This document shows, piece after piece, positions 22,811 to 33,406 of a stretch of 44,124 nucleotides of DNA (positions are counted from its first letter, which is position 1; each line of letters opens with the position of its first letter). The translations under genes were made by a program, and so were the position numbers. Origin of the DNA: Thermodesulfobacteriota bacterium. GTDB lineage: Bacteria > Desulfobacterota_D > UBA1144 > Nemesobacterales > N074bin48. A model generated the notes under the pieces. It saw only the letters and a program-made list of their open reading frames with translations, was not told the origin of the DNA and ran no database searches. Location: NCBI GenBank assembly GCA_041572575.1, contig JBFFSH010000015.1, positions 1 through 44,124 of the forward strand. The letters are read 5' to 3'.

Positions 22811-24181
22811 CTATTCTGGATTTGGGTTTGTCTCTGGTTCTGAATCTGATTCTGGTTTATTTTCAGTTTCAGCTATATTATCCGCACTATTGGTATCCAC
22901 GACGACTTCATCATCAATGCTAATATTTTCAAGCTTATCTTTTAACGCAATTCTTGCGGCTTTTTGTATGCTTTCCACTTCTTCAGCAGTTTTTAAATTG
23001 CCTGCTTTAGCTATTAAATCTGGATCAGAAAAAGCAATATCTTCCAGCGTATGGTAACCCTCGTTATATAACAGCTTTGCAGTAACATCACTTATATTAG
23101 GAAGAGATATTAGTACTGTCATTACATCCTGCAACTCTTTATTGAGTTGAGTCTCCGTTTTAATATCTATCTTCCACCCTGTAAGCTGAGATGCAAGCCT
23201 TACATTCTGCCCCCTTCTTCCTATTGCAAGAGACTGCTGATCATCATCTACCACTACTTCCATTGCATTGTGATTTTCGTCTATTATAACCTTATTTATA
23301 CGCGCCGGGGAAAGAGCATTACATACAAACCTGGCAGAATCCTTAGACCATGGAATTATGTCAATCTTTTCGCCCCTTAGTTCGTGAATAATATTTTGTA
23401 CCCTAGCACCTCTCATTCCCACACAAGCGCCTATTGGATCAACATCAGGATCGTTTGAATGTACGGCAATTTTTGTTCTGCTCCCTGCATCACGGGAAAT
23501 CGCCTTGATTTCCATTACTCCTTCGGATATCTCAGGAACTTCAGCTTCAAATAAACTTTTTACAAAATCCGGGTGTGCTCTGGATAGAATAAGCTTTGGT
23601 CCTTTCTTGCTTTCCTGTATCTCTATTAATATTGCCCTGACTCTTTCTTTTTGTTTGTAATATTCCTTTGGGACCTGATGCTCTGGCGGAAGAATGGCTT
23701 CTGTTTTACCAAGATCAACAATTGCAGTCCTTCTTTCGATTCTCCTTACAATGCCTCCTACAAGCTCCCCTTTTCTGGTTTTAAATTCTTCATATATAAC
23801 TTTACCTTCAGCTTCTTTTAGCTTTTGTAAGATCTTTTGCTTTGCATTCTGAATAGCAATTCTGGTATATTCCGGACTTATTTTTACACCAATAAAATCT
23901 TCGAGTTCGGCCTCAGGGTCTAAATTTACGGCTTCTTTAATAGCAATCTCCACATCTGGATCTTCAACTTCTTCTACAACCTTTTTAAACTCGAATAGCT
24001 CAACTTCACCATCTTCTTCATTAAAGTGCACTTCGAGCTCAGTAAATTTGCCCTCTGAACGAAACAGCCTCTCTGCAGCAAGCTGAACCGCTTCCTCTAT
24101 TGCGTTTACAATAACTTCTCTATTTACGCCTTTATCTTTACTAACTGAATCTAATATTCGTGTAAGTTCGGTAACAACCAT
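22811..24181 (-). CDS. nusA: transcription termination/antitermination factor NusA
   Basis: S1/KH domains, GACVGMRGARV, AIGRRGQNVRLAS. Confidence 0.97.
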   Translation of the reverse strand: MVVTELTRILDSVSKDKGVNREVIVNAIEEAVQLAAERLFRSEGKFTELEVHFNEEDGEVELFEFKKVVEEVEDPDVEIAIKEAVNLDPEAELEDFIGVKISPEYTRIAIQNAKQKILQKLKEAEGKVIYEEFKTRKGELVGGIVRRIERRTAIVDLGKTEAILPPEHQVPKEYYKQKERVRAILIEIQESKKGPKLILSRAHPDFVKSLFEAEVPEISEGVMEIKAISRDAGSRTKIAVHSNDPDVDPIGACVGMRGARVQNIIHELRGEKIDIIPWSKDSARFVCNALSPARINKVIIDENHNAMEVVVDDDQQSLAIGRRGQNVRLASQLTGWKIDIKTETQLNKELQDVMTVLISLPNISDVTAKLLYNEGYHTLEDIAFSDPDLIAKAGNLKTAEEVESIQKAARIALKDKLENISIDDEVVVDTNSADNIAETENKPESDSEPETNPNPE

Positions 24182-24194
24182 CTGTCACTACCTC

Positions 24195-24665
24195 CTAAAT
24201 ATCGAGCTCCAAGTTTGCCTTTGATACATTATCAATTGCAATTTCATACTCTGCGCCCTCATAATTAATATTCAGAGTATTATTCTCAAAACTCTGTAAA
24301 ACTGCATTTCTTAAAACATATTGCTTATTTAAGGGTTCTATAAGCTTTAATTTTAGTTTTTTACCTATATTTCTTATAAAATCTTCATTTCTTTTTAAAA
24401 CTCTTGTAAGACCCGGTGAAGATACTTCGAGGTTATATGTACCATTTATTATGTCATGAATATCCATGATAACGCTCAATTCTCTGCTCACAGCCGTACA
24501 GTCGTCTATGTTTACTCCACCTTGTTTATCAATATACACTCTTAACACTTTCCCCCTTCCCTCAGGTTTATACTCTATATCAATAAGCTCTAATTGCTTA
24601 TCCCTGAGGACAGGACTAATTAATTCTTCAATTTTTTTCAGTATTTCATTTTTTTCCAAGACCAT
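24195..24665 (-). CDS. rimP: ribosome maturation factor RimP
   Basis: LRVYIDK..GVNIDDC, YNLEVSSPG. Confidence 0.95.
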   Translation of the reverse strand: MVLEKNEILKKIEELISPVLRDKQLELIDIEYKPEGRGKVLRVYIDKQGGVNIDDCTAVSRELSVIMDIHDIINGTYNLEVSSPGLTRVLKRNEDFIRNIGKKLKLKLIEPLNKQYVLRNAVLQSFENNTLNINYEGAEYEIAIDNVSKANLELDI

Positions 24666-24699
24666 TTATAATAGCCTTTAATATTTTCTTTTATACCAA

Positions 24700-24727
24700 A
24701 TAAAAAAGCGGGTAAAAACCCGCTTTT
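24700..24727 (-). terminator. terminator-like hairpin in the rimP leader (putative attenuator)
   Basis: Minus strand AAAAGCGGG-TTTTTA-CCCGCTTTTTTA, ~35 nt upstream of rimP and downstream of a TTGCTC-N16-TAATAT promoter candidate (24736-24763). Confidence 0.7.
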
Positions 24728-24810
24728 GATCTTAGATATTACCCAATGCTATATATTGAGCAAGTATGAAGGAAAGTATATTAATTACAATAAAATATTA
24801 TTTTCATATT

Positions 24811-25329
24811 ATGAAGATAAATAAATTAAACAATCTGAATATCTTAAACACAATTAAGAGGTCAATCCACTTTGATAAAAATCTTGAATTAGAGATTGAA
24901 GATAAGGAAGAATATAACAATCAAGCAATACTAATTACAGTTCTAGCATCTTTATTTGCAGCTATAGGAATTGAAGGAACCAATATCTTTGGAGTTATCA
25001 TTTCAACTATTATAGAGCTTATAGCCTGTGCATTCTGGATTGCCGTTATAGTTGTAATGGTATTTAAAATACTAGAAGTCAGAATAATTCCGATTGTTCT
25101 AGCAAGACTTATAGGAATATCATTATATCCACTTATGCTCATGTTATTTGCGTTTGTACCATATATAGGAACACATATAGCAATAATTGGTATAATATTA
25201 GCCATAATAACAGTATCTCTAACTATAAGAAGCCACACTGAGCTGGAACCGGGACTTTCACTGGCTCTTTCCATGATAGGCTCTATACCATTTATTGTTC
25301 TTAACTTTTACCTTTCATACCAAAGCTAA
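24811..25329 (+). CDS. Yip1-like multi-pass membrane protein
   Basis: About five hydrophobic segments. Start uncertain (24766 or 24811). Confidence 0.55.
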   Translation: MKINKLNNLNILNTIKRSIHFDKNLELEIEDKEEYNNQAILITVLASLFAAIGIEGTNIFGVIISTIIELIACAFWIAVIVVMVFKILEVRIIPIVLARLIGISLYPLMLMLFAFVPYIGTHIAIIGIILAIITVSLTIRSHTELEPGLSLALSMIGSIPFIVLNFYLSYQS

Positions 25330-25333
25330 TAAA

Positions 25334-27406
25334 TCATTTAACTTTTTTTATTAACGATAAAAGTTGTTTTAAAGAAGAGATGTCGCTGTCTGAATAATTA
25401 TTCTTGTATCTCATTAATGAGTATTTTTTTGTAAACTCATCAACTATTTCATATTTGGAGCCACCGGTTGCTAAGACATACTTAGCGAATTCATTTGCTG
25501 TCTGACTGTCTTTTTTACTAAAACCTTTTTTTGATAAGTATGAAACACTTTTATTGTATATTTTTGTAACGGCAAGTTGTTTATTCTTCTTATTCTTCCT
25601 GCCTCCCAAAAACCTGTTGCTGTTATATAGTATAAAAATGATTAGAAGAGCTGCCGCGATAATAATAACAAATTTTCTATTTTTTGAACTTTTTAAATTG
25701 ACATTATTTAGCGCCTTATTTTTATTCCAGGAAATTTTTTGCCTTGCACTTGAAAACAGCCTGACCTGATCACCCTGACTAAAATCTATTACATATCTCT
25801 GCCAGCGATATTTTAAATACTCAATATAAGAAGATATTGCAGTTAAGCTCCCTCCACCCAGAGTAGAATCAGAAGAAGGAGTAGGATCAAATGTAATCCA
25901 TCCTCTTTTGGGAAAATATACTTCTACCCATGTATGTGCATCACTTTCCTTTACCACATAAAAATTGCCATGCTTATTCCATGTTCCACCAATAAAACCA
26001 TTTACGATACGTGATGGTATTCCATTCATCCTAAGCAGTACAACCATTGATGTTGCAAAATATTCGCAGTGACCTTCTTTTTTCTCTAACAAGAATGTTT
26101 CCAGAGGAAACTCTTTTGTACCACTTTTAAGAGTAAGTGTATAGTTCATTTCTTCAAGCAGATATCTGAGCACTGCTTTGGATTTACCGTATACCGTATT
26201 TTCATTCTTTGTTATATCTAAAGCCATATTCTCAATATCACTGCTAACTTCTGGCAGCTGCAGATATCTTTGTTTAATATAAAAAGAATATTGGTCTGAT
26301 TCATCTCCGAGTTTTTCATCGGGGTAATTTTTGAGACTTGAGTACGCCCTGTATTTTATCCTCTGTCTGGGATTAAAGGGTAAGAAGTAAGAATTGTTAA
26401 CTTCATATATACTAGCTCCATATCTGGATTTGCTCCCGCCTGAAACTGAATAACCAACAGGTTCATTAATCGCAAAAAGTATATCCGTATCTATAGGTTC
26501 TGTAATAATTTCATGTGCTATAACATTTTCAGCATTGTTCTTAACACTAAATATCCCATATCTGTTTGTACTGTGTCTCTTCTCATAGTCTCCAAATTTC
26601 TCACTGTCCACACTCCAGGTAACCCCGTCAAAATGATCCAGCGCTATCCCTCTCCAGTACAGGTCATCCCTAAGTTTGCCTCTACCCTCAAGCATTGTTA
26701 CCCTCATTACGGCTGAATGGTCTTTTTTTATTTCCCCAACCTTACCAAGCTTCACAGTATCGGAGTATCCTGTTTTTAGCTTTTTCGGATTAATAAAAGA
26801 GCTTGAAAAATATTCGGTTTTTAATCTTGGAAGCATCAGAAAAAGTACTACTGAAATAGATATTACACATATGGATAGCGCAAGGGAGGATCCCATAAAC
26901 GATCTTCCAATTACAGTTTCACTGGATTTTACTCCTGCATCATCTGATTCTTTTTTGAGGTTATAAATAATTAACCCCCAAAGAGCTGTAAATACATACA
27001 CTATTAGCGCAAAACCATAGCTTATTTCAATGGAAAGGATGGCTCCTGCCATAAACTGAAAGAAGCTTAGAAGGAATATCTGTATGATCTCTCTCATACC
27101 CTTGGCACTAAGGAGACGAACAACCTGCAAATATATTAAGAAGTTTAATATTCCCTGGAATACTTCTTGTCCAAAATAGACAATGCTTGCCAGAATGTAT
27201 AAAACAACAACAAAAGCAATAACTGTGGATACGGTCTGATTGAACTGATAGTTTTTTTTGTAGTGGTCATTAATAAAGCTTAGAACTAGTGATACATAAA
27301 AAACCCCCATTGTAAGGGGGCTAACCTGGCCGGAAATACTGAGAGTAAAAAAACCAAGAAATGCTATTATGTGAGTAAAAAGTATTAGGGCAAAAGATAT
27401 TGTCAT
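25334..27406 (-). CDS. membrane transglutaminase-like protein (DUF3488 + transglutaminase, TgpA-like)
   Basis: N-terminal TM block, YWRG, catalytic motifs GHCEYFA / AHTWVEVY / FDPTP. Confidence 0.9.
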   Translation of the reverse strand: MTISFALILFTHIIAFLGFFTLSISGQVSPLTMGVFYVSLVLSFINDHYKKNYQFNQTVSTVIAFVVVLYILASIVYFGQEVFQGILNFLIYLQVVRLLSAKGMREIIQIFLLSFFQFMAGAILSIEISYGFALIVYVFTALWGLIIYNLKKESDDAGVKSSETVIGRSFMGSSLALSICVISISVVLFLMLPRLKTEYFSSSFINPKKLKTGYSDTVKLGKVGEIKKDHSAVMRVTMLEGRGKLRDDLYWRGIALDHFDGVTWSVDSEKFGDYEKRHSTNRYGIFSVKNNAENVIAHEIITEPIDTDILFAINEPVGYSVSGGSKSRYGASIYEVNNSYFLPFNPRQRIKYRAYSSLKNYPDEKLGDESDQYSFYIKQRYLQLPEVSSDIENMALDITKNENTVYGKSKAVLRYLLEEMNYTLTLKSGTKEFPLETFLLEKKEGHCEYFATSMVVLLRMNGIPSRIVNGFIGGTWNKHGNFYVVKESDAHTWVEVYFPKRGWITFDPTPSSDSTLGGGSLTAISSYIEYLKYRWQRYVIDFSQGDQVRLFSSARQKISWNKNKALNNVNLKSSKNRKFVIIIAAALLIIFILYNSNRFLGGRKNKKNKQLAVTKIYNKSVSYLSKKGFSKKDSQTANEFAKYVLATGGSKYEIVDEFTKKYSLMRYKNNYSDSDISSLKQLLSLIKKVK

Positions 27407-29415
27407 TTGAGCTGCTCCGCATATTCAAGCTCAAGCTCTCTTAGCTTTGTTATTTTATCTCGATACTCTGCAGCCTTTTCATACTGCAGCTTTTTAGATG
27501 CCTTTTTCATGTCCTTTGTTAACAGCTTTACCATCGATGGAATTTTATTAGGAGCTACATTATCTAATTCAACGCCTATATCCTTTGGAACAGTAAAATA
27601 ATCGTACTCAAATATAGATGACAATATATCACTTATATTTTTCTCAATACTTTTTGGAGTAATGTTATTAGCTGTATTAAATTTTTCCTGAATCTCTCTT
27701 CTCCTGTATGTCTCACTTATAGCCCTTTGCATCGAACCTGTCATTTTATCGGCATATAATATTACCTTGCCTCTAACATTTCTTGCAGCTCTTCCAAATA
27801 CCTGAATAAGTGAGGTTTCAGACCTCAGGTACCCCTCTTTATCTGCATCGAGTATAACGACCAAAGACACCTCTGGTATATCAAGACCTTCTCTTAACAA
27901 ATTTATACCAATAAGTATATCAAATTCACCAAGACGCAGGCTTCTTATTATTTTTATTCTCTCAAGTGCGTCAATATCAGAATGCAGATAATTTACTCTT
28001 AGTCCCAGGTCTTTATAATATTCACTAAGGTCCTCTGCCATTTTTTTAGTTAGTGTGGTAATTAATACCCTGTCTCCAATATCTATTCGGGATTTAATTT
28101 CCTGCAGCAGATCATCAACCTGATTTTCTGCTGGTTTTATTTCTATCTCAGGATCAATAAGCCCTGTAGGCCTAATTATTTGTTCAACTACAGCACCATT
28201 AGATTTTGTTATTTCATAATTTGCAGGAGTTGCTGATACATATATTGCACTCCTAACCTTAGATTCAAACTCTTTAAAATTTAGTGGTCTGTTATCTAGG
28301 GCCGATGGCAATCTAAATCCATATTCAACCAGTGTTTTCTTTCTGCTTCTGTCACCTTCATACATCCCTCTTATCTGAGGCATTGTTTGATGACTCTCAT
28401 CTATAACTACCAAAAAGTCTTCAGGAAAATAATCTATAAGTGTCCATGGAGGCTCCCCCTCACTCCTTCCGGTAATATGTCTGGAATAATTTTCTATGCC
28501 ATTACAAAAACCCATAGTCGTTAGAAGCTCTAAATCATAATTTGTTCTTTCTTCTATTCTTCTGGCTTCTAAATATTTATTTTCTTTTTCAAGTATTTTA
28601 ATCCTCTGCTTAAGCTCTTCTTTAATAGCTTCAATCGCAATTTTAATTTTGTCTTGTGAGGCAACATAGTGAGAGCTTGGATATATTATAGTCTTATCAA
28701 CTTTCTTTAGGGTTTTACCTCGTAATGGATCAATCTCTTTTATGGACTCAATTACTCCATCAAAAAATTCTACCCTTATAGCAGTATTTTCCTGATGAGA
28801 TGGAAACACTTCAACCGTATCTCCACGGTACCTGAATGTTCCCCTGGTCAGATCATTATTAGTTCTTTGATACTGAACATCTTTTAGTTTATTAAGCAGT
28901 ATTTTCGGATCGAGCCTTCCGCCAGTTTCAATTGTTGTAAGTAGTCCGTAATAATCATTGGGTGAACCTATTCCATATATACATGAAACGCTCGATACTA
29001 TAATAATATCTCTTCGTTCAAATAATGATGAAGTGGCAGCATGCCTGAGCCGGTCTATCGTTTCATTTATAGCTACATCCTTATCTATATAGGTATCTGT
29101 AGTTGGAATATAAGCTTCTGGCTGATAATAGTCATAATAACTTACAAAGTAGTGAACCGAATTATCCGGAAATAAATCCATTAGTTCACCGTAGAGTTGA
29201 GCAGCAAGCGTTTTATTATGTGCAATAATTAAGGTAGGTCTTTGTACATTATTAATTACGTTTGCAATTGTAAAAGTCTTTCCGCTTCCCGTAACTCCCA
29301 GGAGCACCTGATGTTTCTTATTGGACGCAAGACCGCTTGTAAGTTTTTCTATTGCACCTGGCTGATCGCCCTGGGGCTTGTATTCGGTGGTGAGGTTAAA
29401 TAGCTTTTCCACCAA
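27403..29415 (-). CDS. uvrB: excinuclease ABC subunit B
   Basis: GVTGSGKT, YYDYYQPEAY, DESH, GRAARN, C-terminal UVR coiled coil. Start may be GTG 29412. Confidence 0.98.
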   Translation of the reverse strand: MVEKLFNLTTEYKPQGDQPGAIEKLTSGLASNKKHQVLLGVTGSGKTFTIANVINNVQRPTLIIAHNKTLAAQLYGELMDLFPDNSVHYFVSYYDYYQPEAYIPTTDTYIDKDVAINETIDRLRHAATSSLFERRDIIIVSSVSCIYGIGSPNDYYGLLTTIETGGRLDPKILLNKLKDVQYQRTNNDLTRGTFRYRGDTVEVFPSHQENTAIRVEFFDGVIESIKEIDPLRGKTLKKVDKTIIYPSSHYVASQDKIKIAIEAIKEELKQRIKILEKENKYLEARRIEERTNYDLELLTTMGFCNGIENYSRHITGRSEGEPPWTLIDYFPEDFLVVIDESHQTMPQIRGMYEGDRSRKKTLVEYGFRLPSALDNRPLNFKEFESKVRSAIYVSATPANYEITKSNGAVVEQIIRPTGLIDPEIEIKPAENQVDDLLQEIKSRIDIGDRVLITTLTKKMAEDLSEYYKDLGLRVNYLHSDIDALERIKIIRSLRLGEFDILIGINLLREGLDIPEVSLVVILDADKEGYLRSETSLIQVFGRAARNVRGKVILYADKMTGSMQRAISETYRRREIQEKFNTANNITPKSIEKNISDILSSIFEYDYFTVPKDIGVELDNVAPNKIPSMVKLLTKDMKKASKKLQYEKAAEYRDKITKLRELELEYAEQLK

Positions 29416-29467
29416 AATAGTATTACGTATTTATTAGAAAAGTTAAAATAAAAGGCAATAATTCTTG

Positions 29468-29878
29468 TTACTTTTTATGCTTTCTGCCAGACCACATTTC
29501 ATGGAGTTTTTTTCTTTGGTCGGGGGTTAGGACCTCTCTTATCTCAAGCTGCATATTTCTATGTATTTTTCCAAGCTGTAATTTTAAAACATCTACCTGT
29601 TCTGCAAGATTGGATATCTCCTGTTTATCAGATTGAGGATCTTTTAGTTTCTGGTTAAGCTCTTTTTGTTTTTGTATAATGAATTGCTTTGTTTCATGTA
29701 ACTTTGTTTTATGTAAATTAAATATTTGTTCTATCGTACTAACCTGCGCAGGTGATAATTGCAGATTGCTTACTACATCACTGTTCTTCCACCATTTATA
29801 CTTAGCTCCCGCAAAAGCCGGAATTTGAGATATCATTAAAATGGTTAATATTAAATACAGAGTCCTGTAAATCCTCAA
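29468..29878 (-). CDS. Spy/CpxP-like (LTXXQ) periplasmic protein
   Basis: Signal peptide ending AFA, KWW, LQLSPAQ and VLTPDQ motifs. Start reassigned to TTG 29878 after a GGAGG RBS. Confidence 0.75.
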   Translation of the reverse strand: MRIYRTLYLILTILMISQIPAFAGAKYKWWKNSDVVSNLQLSPAQVSTIEQIFNLHKTKLHETKQFIIQKQKELNQKLKDPQSDKQEISNLAEQVDVLKLQLGKIHRNMQLEIREVLTPDQRKKLHEMWSGRKHKK

Positions 29879-29882
29879 ATCT

Positions 29883-30371
29883 TTATCCCTCCTTTGATTC
29901 CTCTTCCAGATTGTTCCAGAGTCCGTATATTTGCAAAGACTCTGAGCCTTCAACAGAGATAATATCATTAATTTCTTGTAAAAGTCTATTATCTTGTAAA
30001 TCCTGCTCTGAATATGTCGGATTAACAGTTGATGTTCTATACATATTAACTATAAAAAGACTGCAAAATAATGCCACGGCAAGCGAAGGTACTAAAAATG
30101 TTGTCCTTATACCTTTTATAAAACCAATGATACCTTTGTTCTCATTCTTTTCCTTCTCTTCCATCCTGCTCCAGAATTTACTCACATAGTTACTCTGTGG
30201 TTCTATTTCATCCCATGTGTCCATGAGTCTGGTAAGTTTGTTGTTTTTAGCAAAGTAGTCCTTGCAACCATTACAATTAATAAGATGCTCATCAATTGCC
30301 ACAGACTCTTCCTTGCTTAACACCTGCAGCTTAAAATCATCATACATGCCTTTAATCTCATCACATTTCAT
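29883..30371 (-). CDS. zinc-finger (ZAS, HxxxCxxC) transmembrane anti-sigma factor
   Basis: MKC...EHLINCNGC plus one TM helix; overlaps the ECF sigma stop. Confidence 0.88.
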   Translation of the reverse strand: MKCDEIKGMYDDFKLQVLSKEESVAIDEHLINCNGCKDYFAKNNKLTRLMDTWDEIEPQSNYVSKFWSRMEEKEKNENKGIIGFIKGIRTTFLVPSLAVALFCSLFIVNMYRTSTVNPTYSEQDLQDNRLLQEINDIISVEGSESLQIYGLWNNLEEESKEG

Positions 30372-30939
30372 CCATTTCCACCTCATCCAAATAGGGTTTT
30401 AACTTCTCTATTAATTTCATCCGTCCCCTATATACATAAGTCTTTACAGCTCCCACTGTACAGTCCAAAGTTTGTGCAACCTCTTCATATGAAAGCTGCT
30501 CATACTTACAAAGCATAATTGCCGATCTTTCATTTTCAGAAAGAGTGTTCATAGCTTCAAAAATAATTTCCTTTATTTCACTCCTATATCTTACATCTGC
30601 CTGATCCACAGATTTTATATCTTCCAGTGAACCAACGTTCTCTTGTATCTCATCGAGGCTAGAAGCATGCTTCCTTGATCGGGTTGAAACTTCTGTAAGG
30701 CAAAGATTTGTTGCAATCTTATATAGCCAGGTTGAAAACTTAGCCTCCGGTCTGTAATTTTTAACTGATCTGTGTACTCTCATAAATATTTCCTGTGTTA
30801 AGTCCTCGGATGTTTCCCGATTATTAGTATATCTATACACATAGTTCAAAATCTTACTGTAGTATCTCTTTAAGATTTCAGAAAATGCACTTTCATCGCC
30901 GCTTTGAACTCTGAGTATTAAATCTATATCGCTTTCCAT
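30361..30939 (-). CDS. ECF RNA polymerase sigma factor
   Basis: SEDLTQEIF, KFSTWLYKIATN, SYEEVA...GAVKTYVYRGR. Confidence 0.93.
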   Translation of the reverse strand: MESDIDLILRVQSGDESAFSEILKRYYSKILNYVYRYTNNRETSEDLTQEIFMRVHRSVKNYRPEAKFSTWLYKIATNLCLTEVSTRSRKHASSLDEIQENVGSLEDIKSVDQADVRYRSEIKEIIFEAMNTLSENERSAIMLCKYEQLSYEEVAQTLDCTVGAVKTYVYRGRMKLIEKLKPYLDEVEMDEM

Positions 30940-31094
30940 GTGGCAAACATCTTACACAATATTTATAACTATAATAATTCTAAATAGTTACGGATAGTTA
31001 AAAAAATTATTTCCTTTATCAAATAGCTGATTTAAAATAGCTAAGTATCAATAAATTTATGGATATTAGTATATTTAAAATAATCTATTAAATA

Positions 31095-32615
31095 ATGCAA
31101 AAACAAGGAAAAGTATACCTGATTGGCGCAGGCCCCGGTGATCCAGGGTTAATAACAATTAATGCAGTGAAATGCTTAAACTCTGCAGACGTGATTGTTT
31201 ATGATTATTTAGTAAATACTAAACTCCTAGATCATAGAAAACACAATTCCGAAGTAATTTATGTTGGCAAAAAAAGCGGACATAAAGAACTGTCTCAGGA
31301 AAAGATCAACAAGCTTCTTATTAAGCATGCTAAAAATGGCAAAACAGTCGCCAGACTTAAAGGCGGCGACCCCTTTATATTTGGAAGAGGTGCTGAAGAA
31401 GCTATTGAACTTAATAATAACAATATAGATTTTGATATAATTCCAGGAGTAAGCTCTTTTTATGCCGTCCCCGAATATGCCGGAATTCCTCCAACCCACA
31501 GGAACGTTTCATCGACAATTGCTGTAATTACCGGTCATGAAGACCCGTCAAAGAACAGATCAAACATCCCTTGGGCCTCACTGTCTAAAATTAGCACTGT
31601 CATATTTCTTATGGGTATAAGAAATCTTTCAGAGATCGTTAAAAAACTCTTAAAAAATAGCAAATCCCCTAACACACCTATCGCAATCATTACCTGGGGT
31701 ACATATCCAAATCAAAAAACGATTACTGGAAATCTTGAAAATATAATAAAAAAATCTCAGGAAGCTCAAATAGAATCACCGGGTATTATTATTGTAGGTA
31801 AAGTTGTTAAATATCGTGAACAGATACAGTGGTTTGAAAAAAGACCACTTTATGGGAAAAAGATACTTACTACAAGACCGTCTTCTCAGTCAAAATTTTT
31901 CGTTGAGAAACTAAATAATCTTGGTGCGGAAACAATCGAATTTCCCACAATTGAGATTTCTGCACCGTCATCATGGAATAAACTCGATAAATCATTAAAA
32001 CAGCTTAAGACAACTGATTGGATAATATTTACCAGCGCAAATGGAGTTAATTACTTTTTTAAAAGATTATTTAATAAAAAACTTTCTATCAAATCACTCT
32101 TACACATAAAGTTTGCAGTAATTGGAGAAAAGACTAACGAGATATTAACTCAATATGGAATATCAGCAGACCTAGTCCCAAAAGAATATAGAGCGGAGGG
32201 TCTAATTGAGCAATTCAAGTCAATAGACTTAATCGGCAAAAATATTCTGATTCCAAGGGCAAAAGAGGCAAGAAATATACTGCCTAAAATGCTCAAAAGA
32301 CTTGGTGCTAATGTTGATGTTATAACAGTATATGAAAATAAAGTTCCAGGCAGTCTTAAATCTACAAAATTAATTTCAGAGATAAAAAAGGCAGCCCCTG
32401 ATGTAATTACTTTTACAAGCCCATCGACTGTTAATAATTTTTACTCAGTATTTAAAATAGATGAGAAGTCTTTTAGTAATTCTATTATTGCATCAATAGG
32501 TCCTGTTACCAATCAGGCATTAAATAATCATGGTTTAGAGGCCGATATAACACCTAAAAAATATACTACTGATTCCCTTATACAGGAAATATTGAAATAC
32601 TTTAAGAAATATTAA
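31095..32615 (+). CDS. cobA-hemD: uroporphyrinogen-III C-methyltransferase / uroporphyrinogen-III synthase fusion
   Basis: GAGPGDPGL and RLKGGDPFIFGRG (CobA) followed by IFTSANGV, FTSPST, IGPVT (HemD). Confidence 0.95.
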   Translation: MQKQGKVYLIGAGPGDPGLITINAVKCLNSADVIVYDYLVNTKLLDHRKHNSEVIYVGKKSGHKELSQEKINKLLIKHAKNGKTVARLKGGDPFIFGRGAEEAIELNNNNIDFDIIPGVSSFYAVPEYAGIPPTHRNVSSTIAVITGHEDPSKNRSNIPWASLSKISTVIFLMGIRNLSEIVKKLLKNSKSPNTPIAIITWGTYPNQKTITGNLENIIKKSQEAQIESPGIIIVGKVVKYREQIQWFEKRPLYGKKILTTRPSSQSKFFVEKLNNLGAETIEFPTIEISAPSSWNKLDKSLKQLKTTDWIIFTSANGVNYFFKRLFNKKLSIKSLLHIKFAVIGEKTNEILTQYGISADLVPKEYRAEGLIEQFKSIDLIGKNILIPRAKEARNILPKMLKRLGANVDVITVYENKVPGSLKSTKLISEIKKAAPDVITFTSPSTVNNFYSVFKIDEKSFSNSIIASIGPVTNQALNNHGLEADITPKKYTTDSLIQEILKYFKKY

Positions 32616-32637
32616 AACAATTAATTAATCAATTAAT

Positions 32638-33354
32638 ATGCCAAGATTTAAAATTAACTCAGAAAATATTATTGAAAATAATGTACAAATTTCAGGAGAA
32701 GACTATAAACACATTGTAAAAGTACTAAGGATGAAAGTTGATGATAATATCATGTTATTTGATTCAAAAGGATATGAATATGACTGTGTAATTAAAAAAA
32801 TATCCAAAGACGATCTTCAAGCAGAAATTCTAACAAATGATGAAATCAACAGAGAATCCCCTCTTAACGTAACTCTTTTTCAGGCGATTATTAAGGGTGA
32901 TAAAATGGATTTAATTGTACAAAAGGCAACAGAGCTTGGTGTAACAGATATTTATCCTATAATCACAGAAAGATCAGAGGTAAAAAACACGAATAAAATT
33001 CCAAGATGGCAGAAGATAGCCGATGAGTCAATAAAACAGTGTGGTAGATCAATTAGCCCTATAATACGCCCAGAGTTAAATTTCAAATATATCTTTGAAC
33101 AAAATAAATCTGATCTAAATCTCATCTTCTATGAAATAGAAGAGAATTCATCCATAAAGGAGGTATTGGTTAGTGATCAAATTAAGTCAGTATCTTTAAT
33201 AATAGGCCCCGAAGGCGGATTTACTATAAATGAGGTGAAATTAGCGACAGACAATGATTTTATAACTGTTGGCCTTGGAAAAAGAATCTTAAGGGCAGAA
33301 ACAGCAAGTATTGTCGCAATTACACTAATCCAGCATTATTTCGGTGACATCTAA
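32638..33354 (+). CDS. rsmE: 16S rRNA m3U1498 methyltransferase
   Basis: HIVKVLR, QKATELGV, IGPEGGF, LGKRILRAETA. Confidence 0.96.
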   Translation: MPRFKINSENIIENNVQISGEDYKHIVKVLRMKVDDNIMLFDSKGYEYDCVIKKISKDDLQAEILTNDEINRESPLNVTLFQAIIKGDKMDLIVQKATELGVTDIYPIITERSEVKNTNKIPRWQKIADESIKQCGRSISPIIRPELNFKYIFEQNKSDLNLIFYEIEENSSIKEVLVSDQIKSVSLIIGPEGGFTINEVKLATDNDFITVGLGKRILRAETASIVAITLIQHYFGDI

Positions 33355-33406
33355 TATATTAATAGATATTTATGGAAATAAACCTTAAAATAACATTTTA
33401 ATATCT

